Shown here: piece by piece, positions 9,217 through 19,768 of the stretch | Numbering within the stretch: position 1 is the first letter of the stretch | Layout: the number at the start of each line of letters is the position of its first letter | Virus record (IMG/VR): IMGVR_UViG_3300033182_000538 | Location: 102,989-166,988 of that record | Direction: 5' to 3' (one strand) | DNA from: a virus | DNA length: 64,000 nt | Made by a program: the position numbers and the translations under genes | The notes under the pieces: model-generated | What the model was told of the DNA's origin: nothing | The model's input: only the letters and a program-made list of their open reading frames with translations | Databases searched by the model: none

Positions 9217-10307
9217 AATGTCTTCACTTTCTTTAATGCCGAAGCTATAACTTGATGCATATCGTAATATTTGTATTCAGCCAATCTACCACCAAAAATC
9301 ACATTTGGTGTATCATCAGCCATTTGTTTGTATTTACGATATTTCTCATTATTTACCTCATCATTCAAAGGATAAAACGGCTCTACCCCTCTTTTGTAAT
9401 TCTGAGGATATTCATAACTTATATATGTACCTTTTTGATTTTGATTATCAAAATGTTTGTGTTCTATTCTTCGAGTTTGTAGTGATGTTGAATCCGTAAA
9501 ATTCATACCAGCACATCCTTGTAAATTATCTACATCTTCAAAGTAGAAGTTTTCCCATCTAACGGACTTATATTCCAAATCACCATATTTGTAATCAAAA
9601 TACTTGTCGATTGGGCCTGTATAAATTACTTTATCGGTGAGGTCATCCCAATACTCTTTATTTTCCAAATAATCACAATCGGTATAAACTTTAACATCTT
9701 TCAACAACTTTTCAAATATCTGAGTGTATCCTCCGATTGGTATTCCTTGATATTTGTCAAAGTAATAGTTGTTATCCCAAGTAAACCTTACAGGTAATCG
9801 TTTTATGATTGACTTTGGTAGGTCTTTCGGGTCTTTTTTCCATTGTTTGATTGTATAATGTTTTATCAACTTTTCATAGATGTCCGTACCAACAAGTGAA
9901 AGAGCTTGCTCTTCAAGATTTGTAGGATTTCCTTTGAATCGTTGTGATTCAATCTTTTGCTTTGCTTGTTCTGGTGTCTTTACACCCCACATTTGATTGA
10001 ATGTAAACATAGTAAATGGTAAAGAATACAACTCACCATTATAATTAGCTATTGGATTATATCTAAAACTATTGAATTCAGCAAAATGATTAATCCAATC
10101 CCAAATACGCTTATCATTCGTATGAAATATATGTGGGCCGTACTGATGAACGTGAATTCCACCAACATCTTCAGTATATGTATTTCCTCCAATATGATTA
10201 CGCTTTTCCAAAACAAGAACTTTCTTACCTTTCTTGTTTAACTCGTAAGCACATATAGAACCGAAAAATCCAGCCCCAACGATTATGTAATCGTATTTAT
10301 CACTCAT
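9213..10307 (-). CDS. glf: UDP-galactopyranose mutase
   Basis: GAGFFG FAD motif, HIGGN, YGPHIFHT, YQGIP, GRLAEYKYYDMHQ. Confidence 0.95.
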   Translation of the reverse strand: MSDKYDYIIVGAGFFGSICAYELNKKGKKVLVLEKRNHIGGNTYTEDVGGIHVHQYGPHIFHTNDKRIWDWINHFAEFNSFRYNPIANYNGELYSLPFTMFTFNQMWGVKTPEQAKQKIESQRFKGNPTNLEEQALSLVGTDIYEKLIKHYTIKQWKKDPKDLPKSIIKRLPVRFTWDNNYYFDKYQGIPIGGYTQIFEKLLKDVKVYTDCDYLENKEYWDDLTDKVIYTGPIDKYFDYKYGDLEYKSVRWENFYFEDVDNLQGCAGMNFTDSTSLQTRRIEHKHFDNQNQKGTYISYEYPQNYKRGVEPFYPLNDEVNNEKYRKYKQMADDTPNVIFGGRLAEYKYYDMHQVIASALKKVKTL

Positions 10308-11425
10308 ATATTATTCAATGCTATTTGATGTAATTTTTGAGGTTCATCACTTGTATCAAAGTAAGCCCAATCGTTTATAAGAAATACTTTATTTGGAAAC
10401 GGATTTGGTCGATTCTCATCCACCATCATACTTGTAGCTTGATACATCTGAAGATATTCATTTCTATCATTATGGATTTTAGCTAATTCATAGTATGATT
10501 CGTTTCTACTCTTACAAAATTCAGATGCTCTATTGTACCAAATAATGGAATCATCAATTTTACCAATCAATTTACAAATATTACCAATACAATGAGCTGC
10601 ATAGAATGAGAACTCATCATCAAATTCAACAACTTTATCAGATTCGTATTTTGGATGTTTTCTATTTATAAATTGTCTAAAATAAAATATAGCTCTTCTT
10701 GCAAACTCTTCTCTATGTGCGTGTCCGAATGGAAATTCATCTCTAAGTGTATCGTGGTATGATTTACCAATATACCATAGGTGATAATCATCCTCAAGAA
10801 CTTTATTGTTTGGAATTACATCTAATTCTAAATTTAGAGCATCCTTTAGAAACTTCATAGGTTGTAACCAAGTTTGACCATCATTCGTTAGATAGTGTCT
10901 AAATGATTTCGGTAGATTTACTCTTTGAAAGTTTTCACCAATATCATCTCTATCCAAGTAAATTGTTTCGTGAGCTTTCTCAGGATAAAATCTCCAAGGT
11001 TCTTTAGCATTCCATAACCAAGTTCTAAAATAAGAAACACCTGGCGCTGTACAAGGTATATTAAAACTCTGAATTGTTGTATCATCGAATATAGACCAAT
11101 CAAAGTCTTCATCAACTATTAGTTGTTCATCAGCATCTACTCTCAAAATCCAATCACATCCGTGGTCAGCCTCAAGAGCGGTTTGTACACAATGGTCTCT
11201 ATTGATACCGTGACCCTTCCACCAATCTAATTCATATAAAAAGCCAGGTATACCCTTTTCTTCAAAAAAGTTACGAATGATATCTTGAGTACCATCGGTA
11301 GACCCGTTGTCTTGTATAACCCAATAATCAATATATGGATAAACTGAATTCAACATACGTTCGATAACGTGTGCTTCATTGTTTACCATAGTATTAAAAC
11401 AAAACTTTGTTTGTGTGTTTTTCAT
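10304..11425 (-). CDS. GT2-family glycosyltransferase with C-terminal TPR-like helices
   Basis: MVNNEAHVIER, DNGSTDGT, DADE (DxD) and HE motifs, followed by TPR-like helices. Confidence 0.8.
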   Translation of the reverse strand: MKNTQTKFCFNTMVNNEAHVIERMLNSVYPYIDYWVIQDNGSTDGTQDIIRNFFEEKGIPGFLYELDWWKGHGINRDHCVQTALEADHGCDWILRVDADEQLIVDEDFDWSIFDDTTIQSFNIPCTAPGVSYFRTWLWNAKEPWRFYPEKAHETIYLDRDDIGENFQRVNLPKSFRHYLTNDGQTWLQPMKFLKDALNLELDVIPNNKVLEDDYHLWYIGKSYHDTLRDEFPFGHAHREEFARRAIFYFRQFINRKHPKYESDKVVEFDDEFSFYAAHCIGNICKLIGKIDDSIIWYNRASEFCKSRNESYYELAKIHNDRNEYLQMYQATSMMVDENRPNPFPNKVFLINDWAYFDTSDEPQKLHQIALNNI

Positions 11426-11426
11426 A

Positions 11427-11663
11427 TTACACGTTTAGATATTCTGCTTCCGGCTTTGCTCCAATAATTCGTTTAACCTCTTGACCATTCTCTAACAAAA
11501 CGACCGTTGGAATGTTTCTCACATTGTATTGTTGTGCCATCTGAGATTGTTCATCCACATTGATTTTTTGGACAGGAATCGTGTTATTAACTCGTTGCAT
11601 TACAGGCCCTAACATTCTACAAGGCCCACACCAAGGTGCACTAAAATAAAGATATTGTTTCAT
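11427..11663 (-). CDS. Thioredoxin
   Basis: WCGPC active site and cis-Pro 'IPT'. Start moved to ATG 11663 to avoid overlap with nrdA. Confidence 0.92.
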   Translation of the reverse strand: MKQYLYFSAPWCGPCRMLGPVMQRVNNTIPVQKINVDEQSQMAQQYNVRNIPTVVLLENGQEVKRIIGAKPEAEYLNV

Positions 11664-11671
11664 AATATTTC

Positions 11672-13456
11672 CTAACCATCGCAAGATACACAATCAGGGT
11701 CGGTGGCACGAGTTGCGATGTCTCCACGAAGTACCGACTCCGTTCTCATATAATAGAGAGTTTTAATTCCTTGTTTCCACGCTTCCAAATGAACTTGGTT
11801 AATCCACTTTGGAGATGCTTGAGATGGGAACGCCAAGTTAAGTGATACTGCTTGGTCGATGTATTGTTGTCTTACACCGGCTTGTCTCACCAACTCCAAT
11901 TGGTTGATTTCTTTGAATGTTTTAAATACATCCTTTACCCAATCAACCTCTTGTCTATCAATTGACTCTTGTAGTATGTCTTCTTTTTTAGTAAGTTTAC
12001 CATTGACATATCCCCAATTGTCAAGTTCATCCAAACCTTGAACCGAACCTCCATCTTCAAGGATTTGAGCCCAAGTGTCTTTATTGTTCATACCCATTTT
12101 ACGAAGAGCTCTTTCCAACTCAGCGTTTTTACGGATAAACGTACCCTTGGCTGTTTGTTCCGTAAATACGTTTGCAGCCCAAGGTTCAATACCTGGTGAT
12201 ACATTACCACTCAACTTAGAGTTAGATACTGTTGGAGCAATTGCTCTCAAGTGAGTGTTTCTCATACCTGTACCAACACACCATAGTGGTTCACCATATT
12301 CATTAGCAAGGTCACGAGATGCTCTTTCTGATTCAATCTTGATTTGAGAGAATATTCTTCGAGTTTCAAACTGAGCTGGAAGTCCTTCGAAAGACATACC
12401 TTTTTGTTGTAGATATGTATGCCACCCAAGAACACCCAATCCAAGAGCTCTACCCTTTTCAGCCGAACGAACTGAATTCTCAAATCCTCTCATATTCTTT
12501 GCTCTCTGAATAAACTCTTCGAGTACACCATCCAAGAACCAAGTAGCTGTATAAATTAAATCCGTGTTTTTCCACTCTTCATACTTAGCCAAGTTTACTG
12601 ATGATAGACAACATACAAATGAATGTGACTCATCGGTATGAAGTACAATCTCAGAACAAATGTTGGTCATAAAGACTTTGAGTGAGTTTTGTTTATATGC
12701 TTCTGGATTTTGTTTGTTTACATTCCCCTTATACATAATATAAGGTTCACCAGTCGCCTTTCTCTTTTGAAGAAGTTTACCCCACTTTCTTCTAGCTTCA
12801 GGGTCACCATCTTCAAGTTTTCTCATAAACTTATCACCAACAATCGCACATTGATGTAGATTCAAACATTGTCTATTAACATCACCTTTTGGTTCTCTAA
12901 TTTCTACCCACTCATCAAAATCTTCGTGGTCGATGTTTAGATTTACCGATGCGGCTCCTCTTCTTACTGCACCTTGATTGGTAGCAAGAATAGTTGAATC
13001 ATAAATTTTAGCGAATGGTACTACACCATCTGATGTACCATTTTGAGTAATCTTAGACCCGGCTGGTCTAATCATATTAAGACCAATACCTACACCACCT
13101 CCGTGTTTTGCTAACAACATTAATTCAAGATTCTTAGACCCAATCTCTTGAACCGAGTCACCTACATCGATACCAAAACAAGAAATAGGTAATCCTCTAT
13201 CAGTACCTGTATTTGAAAGAACTGGTGATGCCAAGTTTAACCAACCTCTCCAAATGTAATCAAAAAACTTTGATGCCATTTGTGGTTTGTCCAATCTTCT
13301 AGCAACAGCCGTAGCAACTCTCCAATAGGCATCTTTGGGAGTTTCTCCAGCCAAAAGATATCCATTTGAAATGGTTTTAACGTAAATTTCAGTATTTGCC
13401 CAAGTTGGGAAGTCAACTCCCAACTCCCAACCTAATTTTTCTCCGTGATTTTTCAT
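11672..13456 (-). CDS. nrdA: Ribonucleotide reductase class I alpha subunit (short, no ATP cone)
   Basis: ISCF, TNICSEI, APT, TLYY and C-terminal CVSC. Confidence 0.95.
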   Translation of the reverse strand: MKNHGEKLGWELGVDFPTWANTEIYVKTISNGYLLAGETPKDAYWRVATAVARRLDKPQMASKFFDYIWRGWLNLASPVLSNTGTDRGLPISCFGIDVGDSVQEIGSKNLELMLLAKHGGGVGIGLNMIRPAGSKITQNGTSDGVVPFAKIYDSTILATNQGAVRRGAASVNLNIDHEDFDEWVEIREPKGDVNRQCLNLHQCAIVGDKFMRKLEDGDPEARRKWGKLLQKRKATGEPYIMYKGNVNKQNPEAYKQNSLKVFMTNICSEIVLHTDESHSFVCCLSSVNLAKYEEWKNTDLIYTATWFLDGVLEEFIQRAKNMRGFENSVRSAEKGRALGLGVLGWHTYLQQKGMSFEGLPAQFETRRIFSQIKIESERASRDLANEYGEPLWCVGTGMRNTHLRAIAPTVSNSKLSGNVSPGIEPWAANVFTEQTAKGTFIRKNAELERALRKMGMNNKDTWAQILEDGGSVQGLDELDNWGYVNGKLTKKEDILQESIDRQEVDWVKDVFKTFKEINQLELVRQAGVRQQYIDQAVSLNLAFPSQASPKWINQVHLEAWKQGIKTLYYMRTESVLRGDIATRATDPDCVSCDG

Positions 13457-13462
13457 AACTAA

Positions 13463-14458
13463 TTAAAATATATCATCCCAATCTTCACCTTCGTTTGCTT
13501 TAGAGTAATCCGTTGGTCTTACTGCAAAGAAGTCGGTGTGGGTAGTTCCGCCAGTTAAGTGATAAAACCACTCCAACTCATTTGCTGAGTTTTCATCGTA
13601 GTCAAACAACTTACCTTCGTAACCTAATTCATTGTATTTTTCATTTACTCTTCTTCTGATAAAGTTGATTAGGTCATTTTTCTTTAGATTTTCTAAATCA
13701 CCCATTTCAAACATTTTATCAATGTATTTCAACTCCAAGTCTAACATAATGTTAGCAGCTTCTTCTACAGCCTCTTTTGCTTGGTCTTTAAGTTCAGGAT
13801 ACTCCTCACACATATGTCTGAATAGTTGACATCCCATTTTAGAATGTAGAGACTCATCACGAACTGACCATTTCATTTGTTGACCAATTCCCTTTAACAT
13901 ATTTCTCATTTGGAATGAGTATAATACAGCGAATGATGAATACAATGCAACACCTTCAGTAAATGCTGAGAATATAGCAAGAGACCTTGCTACTTCTTTT
14001 CTCGCCTCAGCATTATCTTTCAAATCTTCCCAAGTATATCTATTTGTAATATTAGCTAAGTTTTCGAATCTATCAGCCGTAGCTGGTTCGTGTAAGAATG
14101 CCTCAAAGTCTTCCAACCCAAGAGATTCATTCAAATAAGAGTAAGCAGTAGCGTGAATAGTTTCTTGTGAACCAAACATCATAGCCATTTGTTTGATTTC
14201 GTGTTTAGGAAACCATTCGGTCACCCAACCAGTCCAATAGTCCGACACCGCACATTCCGTTTGAGCAAATCCTAACAAGATATTACCTACCAAATTCTTT
14301 TCAGCGGGTGACAAATTTTCATTCCAATCTTTAATGTCACCTTGCATTGGTATTTCAGTATGTAACCAAAAAGCTTGTGCTTGTTTCAGCCAACCTTCGG
14401 TATAGTATTCAGGATATTCAAACGGTTTAAACGGTATTCGGTTTTCAAATAATGCCAT
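13463..14458 (-). CDS. nrdB: Ribonucleotide reductase beta subunit
   Basis: FWLHTE, ETIHATAY, EGVALYSSF, DESLH, TDFF. Confidence 0.95.
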   Translation of the reverse strand: MALFENRIPFKPFEYPEYYTEGWLKQAQAFWLHTEIPMQGDIKDWNENLSPAEKNLVGNILLGFAQTECAVSDYWTGWVTEWFPKHEIKQMAMMFGSQETIHATAYSYLNESLGLEDFEAFLHEPATADRFENLANITNRYTWEDLKDNAEARKEVARSLAIFSAFTEGVALYSSFAVLYSFQMRNMLKGIGQQMKWSVRDESLHSKMGCQLFRHMCEEYPELKDQAKEAVEEAANIMLDLELKYIDKMFEMGDLENLKKNDLINFIRRRVNEKYNELGYEGKLFDYDENSANELEWFYHLTGGTTHTDFFAVRPTDYSKANEGEDWDDIF

Positions 14459-14520
14459 ATTATTATTTCTCTATTAGATTATTATTGTAAAAGGTTAAAT
14501 TGGGTGATAATATATATTAG

Positions 14521-15879
14521 TTAAAATCCAATATCACCTTGCATTTCCTTATATTTTTGGGCTAATTCTTTTCTTACTAAACTCTCCCCTTGTTTCATCT
14601 GGCTTTTGGTCTTTTTACCATCAATGGAATCATCATTATAAATGTGAATTTGACCCGTTGAGAAGTTTGCTTTAGATGGGAATGTCATCCCATCTGGCCC
14701 AAATCGATTCTTGATAACGTGCCACCTACCAGTTCCAGCTAATTTGTCTTCAATTTTACGAGATAATGATACCACAAAGTCAGCGGTCATCATCTTGGAA
14801 AAAGACCCAGCAATTTTAATACCTGTAATAATGTCATCTTCTGCGCCACTTCTATTGATTTGTGATGCTGTAAATACGGGTACTTCGTATTCACCTGCCA
14901 TACCACGAAGGTCTTCAATGATTTCTTCCAACTCTTCGTGTCTTTTTTCTTTAGATGGGCCCCTCAAAAGGTCAGCGTAATCGACAATAACTACATCTGG
15001 TCTTTTACCTTGAAGAATCATCTTATCCATATGAGCTTTCAACGAAGTTACACTAGCGGTTTTGGTAGGATAATGTTTTACAACTAAGTCACCACTTACA
15101 TTTTGTACTGACTTTTTAACATCTTCCATATTGTACTTGAGATTGGCGACAGCGACACCACTTAAAACGGCATCATACCTTTGACCTACATAACCTTCAT
15201 TCAATTCTAATGTGTAATGTGCCACAACTTTACCCTTTTTCATAGCATTCACACCTATGTTGACCAAAGACCAAGATTTACCAATACCAGGAGGAGCTGC
15301 AAAAAGAATCAACTCTCCTTTACCAAAACCGCCTTGTGTAATTTCATCAATAACATCCCAACCACTTGAAACTACGTTTCTAACTTCAGATTCGTACCTT
15401 TCATCAATCATAGTCTTGTATTCGTGACCAATATCCGAATCTTGACCAGCTTTCATAGCAGTATCAATCTTCTTTTTGATGGTATCGTACTTACCATCCT
15501 CCAAAAGGGTCACAGAGTCTAAGATTGCGTTCTTAATAGACTGATTCTTACAAAAGTCAAGAACTTGTTCTTTTACGAATTGTAAATCTTCACTATCTAA
15601 GTGATTCCAAGCGTACTTGAGAGTATCTACAACGGAAGTTTTTAATACCTCTCTTTCAATACTATTAATTTTTACCTTGAGAACATCCAAAGTCGGCATC
15701 TTCTCATATTGGTCAAAATAGTTCATAATAGTTTTTACCAACCACTCTGAAGCCTCAGCATCAAAGTACTCTGGCTTTAGAATATCATAGATTTGGCGTG
15801 TAAACGACCTATCCGATATAATAGCGGAGATTACTTTGTTCTGAAATGATGTACTAAATTTACTTCCTAATTTCTCCAT
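14521..15879 (-). CDS. Replicative helicase (DnaB / T4 gp41-like)
   Basis: Walker A APPGIGKS, VDYAD, TASQINR, KNRFG. Confidence 0.92.
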   Translation of the reverse strand: MEKLGSKFSTSFQNKVISAIISDRSFTRQIYDILKPEYFDAEASEWLVKTIMNYFDQYEKMPTLDVLKVKINSIEREVLKTSVVDTLKYAWNHLDSEDLQFVKEQVLDFCKNQSIKNAILDSVTLLEDGKYDTIKKKIDTAMKAGQDSDIGHEYKTMIDERYESEVRNVVSSGWDVIDEITQGGFGKGELILFAAPPGIGKSWSLVNIGVNAMKKGKVVAHYTLELNEGYVGQRYDAVLSGVAVANLKYNMEDVKKSVQNVSGDLVVKHYPTKTASVTSLKAHMDKMILQGKRPDVVIVDYADLLRGPSKEKRHEELEEIIEDLRGMAGEYEVPVFTASQINRSGAEDDIITGIKIAGSFSKMMTADFVVSLSRKIEDKLAGTGRWHVIKNRFGPDGMTFPSKANFSTGQIHIYNDDSIDGKKTKSQMKQGESLVRKELAQKYKEMQGDIGF

Positions 15880-15886
15880 ATAGGTT

Positions 15887-15917
15887 CAAATATACGAAAT
15901 TATTTCTTATTATCAAA
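15887..15917 (-). promoter_or_regulatory. Bacteroidota sigma70-type promoter (likely leaderless mRNA)
   Basis: TTTG-N19-TATATTTG, 7 nt before the ATG at 15879. Confidence 0.7.
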
Positions 15918-16955
15918 ATGGTTTCTCAAATAATTTTCAAGAGATGTAAATGAGTTCCGTAACCAACTATCAACATTAGCAAATGCTGTGTATAGTTTAT
16001 CGTACATAAACATCTTCTTGAACTCTACTAAATCCAACTGAGGTCGGTGAGAATCCATTATTTCTCGTACATTTGATTTTATGGATGAGGATATATCTGG
16101 GTTTTTCAACTGCATCAACTGATAGTTTAACTCAATAGTTGTCACAAATTTAGTCAATTTTTGTGACAACTTCTCATCACACTCTGTTGAACATTTCTGA
16201 ATGAATGTATCTAAAGAAATCTCATCTTCATTCAAAAATCCCATTTTATTGTGTATTGTCTTTACACCAACTCCACGAACACCATCAATATTATCAGATT
16301 TGTCGCCCGTTAATACTCTATAATATACAAGGTTTTGAGGAATCACACCATACTCTTCTTTTACAAGAGCTTCATCATACATTTTCTTCTTTGTGGGTGC
16401 CCACACTTTGATTCTTGGGTTAACAAGTTGAAGAAAATCTTTGTCTGATGAGATGATTGTAACTTCTTTTTTGAAATAGTGGTTAGCCAAATATGCGATG
16501 ATATCATCAGCTTCCACATAATCAATGTAGGTGAGTGAAATGGGTAGGACTTGAAGATATTCTATCAATCTTGAGAATTGATTTCTCATTGATACTCTTT
16601 GGTCTTCTAAGTCTTCATATCCAGCCAATCTATTTACTTTGGTAAGGCCAGTTCGACCTTCTTTATACCCTTTATAGACTTGCTTTCTACGATTTGACCC
16701 ACCTTTACCATCAAATACGATAACAACTCGTGTAGGTTTCAATGTTCTAATGGTTGCAGCGGTGGACAAGAGAAATCCTGTCACACCACCACAATGTTCA
16801 CCATCATCGTTCAACGCAGGAACTGCCCCAAACACTCTGATAAATTGGTTAAGTCCATCAATTATGAGAACTCTATCGTTTAGACTCTCACTTTTTACTT
16901 CATTATGTTCCTTGTTTACCTCTTTGAGGAGTTCTGCGTATTTACTATTCATCAA
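15900..16955 (-). CDS. 5'-3' exonuclease / flap endonuclease (T4 RNase H-like)
   Basis: IIDG, VFDG, YKEGR, EADD, SSDKDFLQL, GDKSDNIDGVRGVGVKT (H3TH). Confidence 0.92.
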   Translation of the reverse strand: MMNSKYAELLKEVNKEHNEVKSESLNDRVLIIDGLNQFIRVFGAVPALNDDGEHCGGVTGFLLSTAATIRTLKPTRVVIVFDGKGGSNRRKQVYKGYKEGRTGLTKVNRLAGYEDLEDQRVSMRNQFSRLIEYLQVLPISLTYIDYVEADDIIAYLANHYFKKEVTIISSDKDFLQLVNPRIKVWAPTKKKMYDEALVKEEYGVIPQNLVYYRVLTGDKSDNIDGVRGVGVKTIHNKMGFLNEDEISLDTFIQKCSTECDEKLSQKLTKFVTTIELNYQLMQLKNPDISSSIKSNVREIMDSHRPQLDLVEFKKMFMYDKLYTAFANVDSWLRNSFTSLENYLRNHFDNKK

Positions 16956-18075
16956 AATCTGCTACTTCGATATTATCTATATTTGATTCTTCACTTGATT
17001 TTTTGTAAGACATAATATATGCATCACAAATTTGATTGTAGATTGATTCTTTGAGTTCACTTCTTTCTGATAGAAGGTCTTCAAAGTTCTTGGCTTGGAA
17101 TTTTATTTCCTCACCAGTTTCAACATCTACATAAGTGTACCAAGCACCACTTTGATTTACCAACTTGTAAGTCTTCATCATTTGTAACCAAGACCCATAG
17201 TTGTCGATACCACTATCAAAGTAGATATCATAGTCTACTGAACGAAGTGGTGGCCCCATTCTATTCTTGATTACTTGTGCACGAGTCTTAATACCTACAA
17301 CTTGGTCAACTCCACCAATCTTGGATTTCAATTGACCCATTTGTTTCAACCTAATTCTACAAGAAGAGTGGAATGCGATTGCCTTACCACCACTCGTAGT
17401 CCAAGGGTCACCAAATGAAACACCTAATCGTGTTCTCAATTGATTTGTAAAGATTAGTGAAATTCTTTCTCTACCAATAAGGTTAGTTACTTTTCTCATT
17501 GCCTTCGAGATAATGATAGCTTTTTGAGTTGCATAACCAGCTTGGTCATAATCAGCTGAAATCTCAACTTTAGTAGATGCACCAGCAACGGAGTCTACTA
17601 CGATTGTAACCAACTTTTTCTTATCAGATGCTCTTACCGATTCAATGATTGAATCAATTGCCTCAAAGATGTCTTCAACTGTCTCAAGTGGAACATACAA
17701 CATCTTTTTAATGTCAACACCAATCGCTTCTAAAAACTCTTGGTTCAGTGCGTTCTCAGTATCAATATAAACACCAAGACCACCTTTTTGTTGGGTATCT
17801 GCTATAGCGTGAGCAGCCAACAACGATTTACCACTTCCTTCTAATCCTGTAATCTCAGTAATTCTACCTACTGGTAAACCACCACTTGGTCTATTCGAGA
17901 TTGCCAGGTCTAACATTGGAGAGCCAGTTGATACCCACTCATCTAAGTCGGTAGGTGTCTGCTCTTCCCCATCCAAGAAGTAAGCCACCTTGTGGGCGGA
18001 CTTAAACTTCTTGTTGAGGTTGTTAGCTAGAATCGAAGATAGTTCATCGCGAGAACTTTCTTTCTTCTTTGCCAT
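16945..18075 (-). CDS. recA: RecA/UvsX recombinase
   Basis: STGS, GRITEITGLEGSGKS, VDSVA, NQLR, SGGKAIAF, KNR, GAWY. Confidence 0.93.
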   Translation of the reverse strand: MAKKKESSRDELSSILANNLNKKFKSAHKVAYFLDGEEQTPTDLDEWVSTGSPMLDLAISNRPSGGLPVGRITEITGLEGSGKSLLAAHAIADTQQKGGLGVYIDTENALNQEFLEAIGVDIKKMLYVPLETVEDIFEAIDSIIESVRASDKKKLVTIVVDSVAGASTKVEISADYDQAGYATQKAIIISKAMRKVTNLIGRERISLIFTNQLRTRLGVSFGDPWTTSGGKAIAFHSSCRIRLKQMGQLKSKIGGVDQVVGIKTRAQVIKNRMGPPLRSVDYDIYFDSGIDNYGSWLQMMKTYKLVNQSGAWYTYVDVETGEEIKFQAKNFEDLLSERSELKESIYNQICDAYIMSYKKSSEESNIDNIEVADFDE

Positions 18076-18082
18076 ACTTTAA

Positions 18083-18844
18083 TTATTCGTTGAATAAATC
18101 ATCAAAAGCATCCTTCACATTAGCAGCTGGTGAAGTAGCTTGAGTTGTTTGAGTTGTTTCAGCTTTTGGTTCTTCTTTGGTATCTGATACCTCGCCAGTT
18201 TCCAACCACTGCTTCAACATATTTTCCATTTCTTCGTAAGATACCTTCTTGAACATACTTGGAAGTTCAATCTGGTCTTTAGCCAAATTCAAGATGTTTG
18301 AATCTTCTGAAATAGCTGATGTGTTTGGTTTTACTCTGATGTAAGTCTCAGGATAAGTTTTACCCAACTCAGCTGCAGTTTTGAATTCTACGGTAATATC
18401 ACGACCATTTACAGGATCAGTCAAATCACCATAATCAGGGTCAGCGAAGAAACCAAGAAGTTCTTGATATACATTCTTACCGAATCCCCAAAACTTAACA
18501 CCTTCAGATTCTTCACCACGAACCAATACTGGAACGTAAGTTCTCATCTTAGGAGTCAGTTTTCTTGAAAGTTGGTAATCTTCACGAGAACCAGTCGCTT
18601 TCAATTTTTCTGCGAACTCTAATAGTGGGTCAGCTTCACCAAAAGAAGATGGTGAAATAATGTTCTTACCACCAAATCCAAAGTGGAAGTATAATTCAAT
18701 AAATGGATTTGAAGGGTTGTGTACATAAGGCAAAATGCGAATTTGTTGTTTGCCTGGTTGAGGTTTCCAAAGATTATCAGTCTTTGTTACTTTTGTTTGA
18801 AGTGTATTCAAACGATTGCGGATTGCGTCTAAATCAATAGCCAT
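18083..18844 (-). CDS. Single-stranded DNA-binding protein (T4 gp32-like)
   Basis: WKP...IRILP, KFWGFGK, DLTDPVNGRD and acidic tail DAFDDLFNE; adjacent to recA. Confidence 0.8.
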   Translation of the reverse strand: MAIDLDAIRNRLNTLQTKVTKTDNLWKPQPGKQQIRILPYVHNPSNPFIELYFHFGFGGKNIISPSSFGEADPLLEFAEKLKATGSREDYQLSRKLTPKMRTYVPVLVRGEESEGVKFWGFGKNVYQELLGFFADPDYGDLTDPVNGRDITVEFKTAAELGKTYPETYIRVKPNTSAISEDSNILNLAKDQIELPSMFKKVSYEEMENMLKQWLETGEVSDTKEEPKAETTQTTQATSPAANVKDAFDDLFNE

Positions 18845-18884
18845 AATTGTACCTTTTTTTAATTATTAATTGTTAAACTTGTCA

Positions 18885-18916
18885 TTAATATACAACATTT
18901 GGGTGACAAATCCAAA
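18885..18916 (-). promoter_or_regulatory. Bacteroidota sigma70-type promoter
   Basis: TTTG-N20-TATATTAA upstream of SSB. Confidence 0.55.
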
Positions 18917-18999
18917 TGTTTTTTCAATTTTTTTTTCAATGTTCAATTTTGTAGTGATACTACCTGTATAAATATTGGCCTACAACTAATAACACTAAT

Positions 19000-19722
19000 T
19001 TACGCAGGTTTTCTTCTATTTGCTACTAAGTTATTTTGTGCAATCTCTTTGTTGGACAATGCCCTATCATACAAACATAACATTTTTACATTTGCGGCTA
19101 AGAAAGAACTTGCACCTGTGAATAACTCATCAAACACCATAGGTGCAGTTGGCGTGGTTGCCCAATATGAGTTTGAACCTGGGTCTAATATTGTTGCATT
19201 TGCTCCATTTACACTTGTAGAGGTTCTACCATTTACCGCAGTACCAAATGCGTATGATGAATATCCCGTAGATGCCATATCACTGTGCGCAGCAGTACCT
19301 GCGTATGAGATATTATCTTTGTAGTGGAAATGGTCTGCGCCTGTACCATATTGACCAAATTCGTATTTGTGACTATTTGATGGATTGTGATATATGAAGT
19401 AATTCCAACCACCACTTGACTGAGATGGTAAATCCCAAACTACCCAAAAGGTAAATCCAGTATGTACATCGATTGAGAAATTAGAACCCCAGGTCAGTTT
19501 GTCGTTAGACCCATCAAATTGAAATTCATCGGTGTTAAATGTAGCACCTACAATAGTAGCGTCATTATTATTACCACTCAAATCATACCAAGTATTACCA
19601 CTACCAGGATATGATTTAGGATTCTCGGCATCCAAGAACAAAATCAGAGAATCATCAATAATTAGGTGTGGGTTTACCTCACCTTTCCCTAAAATACTTG
19701 TATTTGAAATTTGAACACTCAC
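19000..19722 (-). CDS. LamG/concanavalin A-like domain protein
   Basis: LDAENPKSYPGSGNTWYDLSGNNNDAT...FDGSND...YDRALSNKEIAQN. Confidence 0.75.
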   Translation of the reverse strand: MSVQISNTSILGKGEVNPHLIIDDSLILFLDAENPKSYPGSGNTWYDLSGNNNDATIVGATFNTDEFQFDGSNDKLTWGSNFSIDVHTGFTFWVVWDLPSQSSGGWNYFIYHNPSNSHKYEFGQYGTGADHFHYKDNISYAGTAAHSDMASTGYSSYAFGTAVNGRTSTSVNGANATILDPGSNSYWATTPTAPMVFDELFTGASSFLAANVKMLCLYDRALSNKEIAQNNLVANRRKPA

Positions 19723-19768
19723 TAAAATACCAATTTAATTTACACTAATATAAATATCCCGATTACTT

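Noticed and set aside
11664-11693. Extended N-termini given by the ORF track for thioredoxin (also 32479-32517 and 62979-63005)
   Set aside because: They overlap upstream genes, promoters or terminators; downstream ATGs fit better.
989-18075. Inteins or introns in PolB, NrdA/B, helicase or RecA
   Set aside because: All have normal lengths and uninterrupted motifs.
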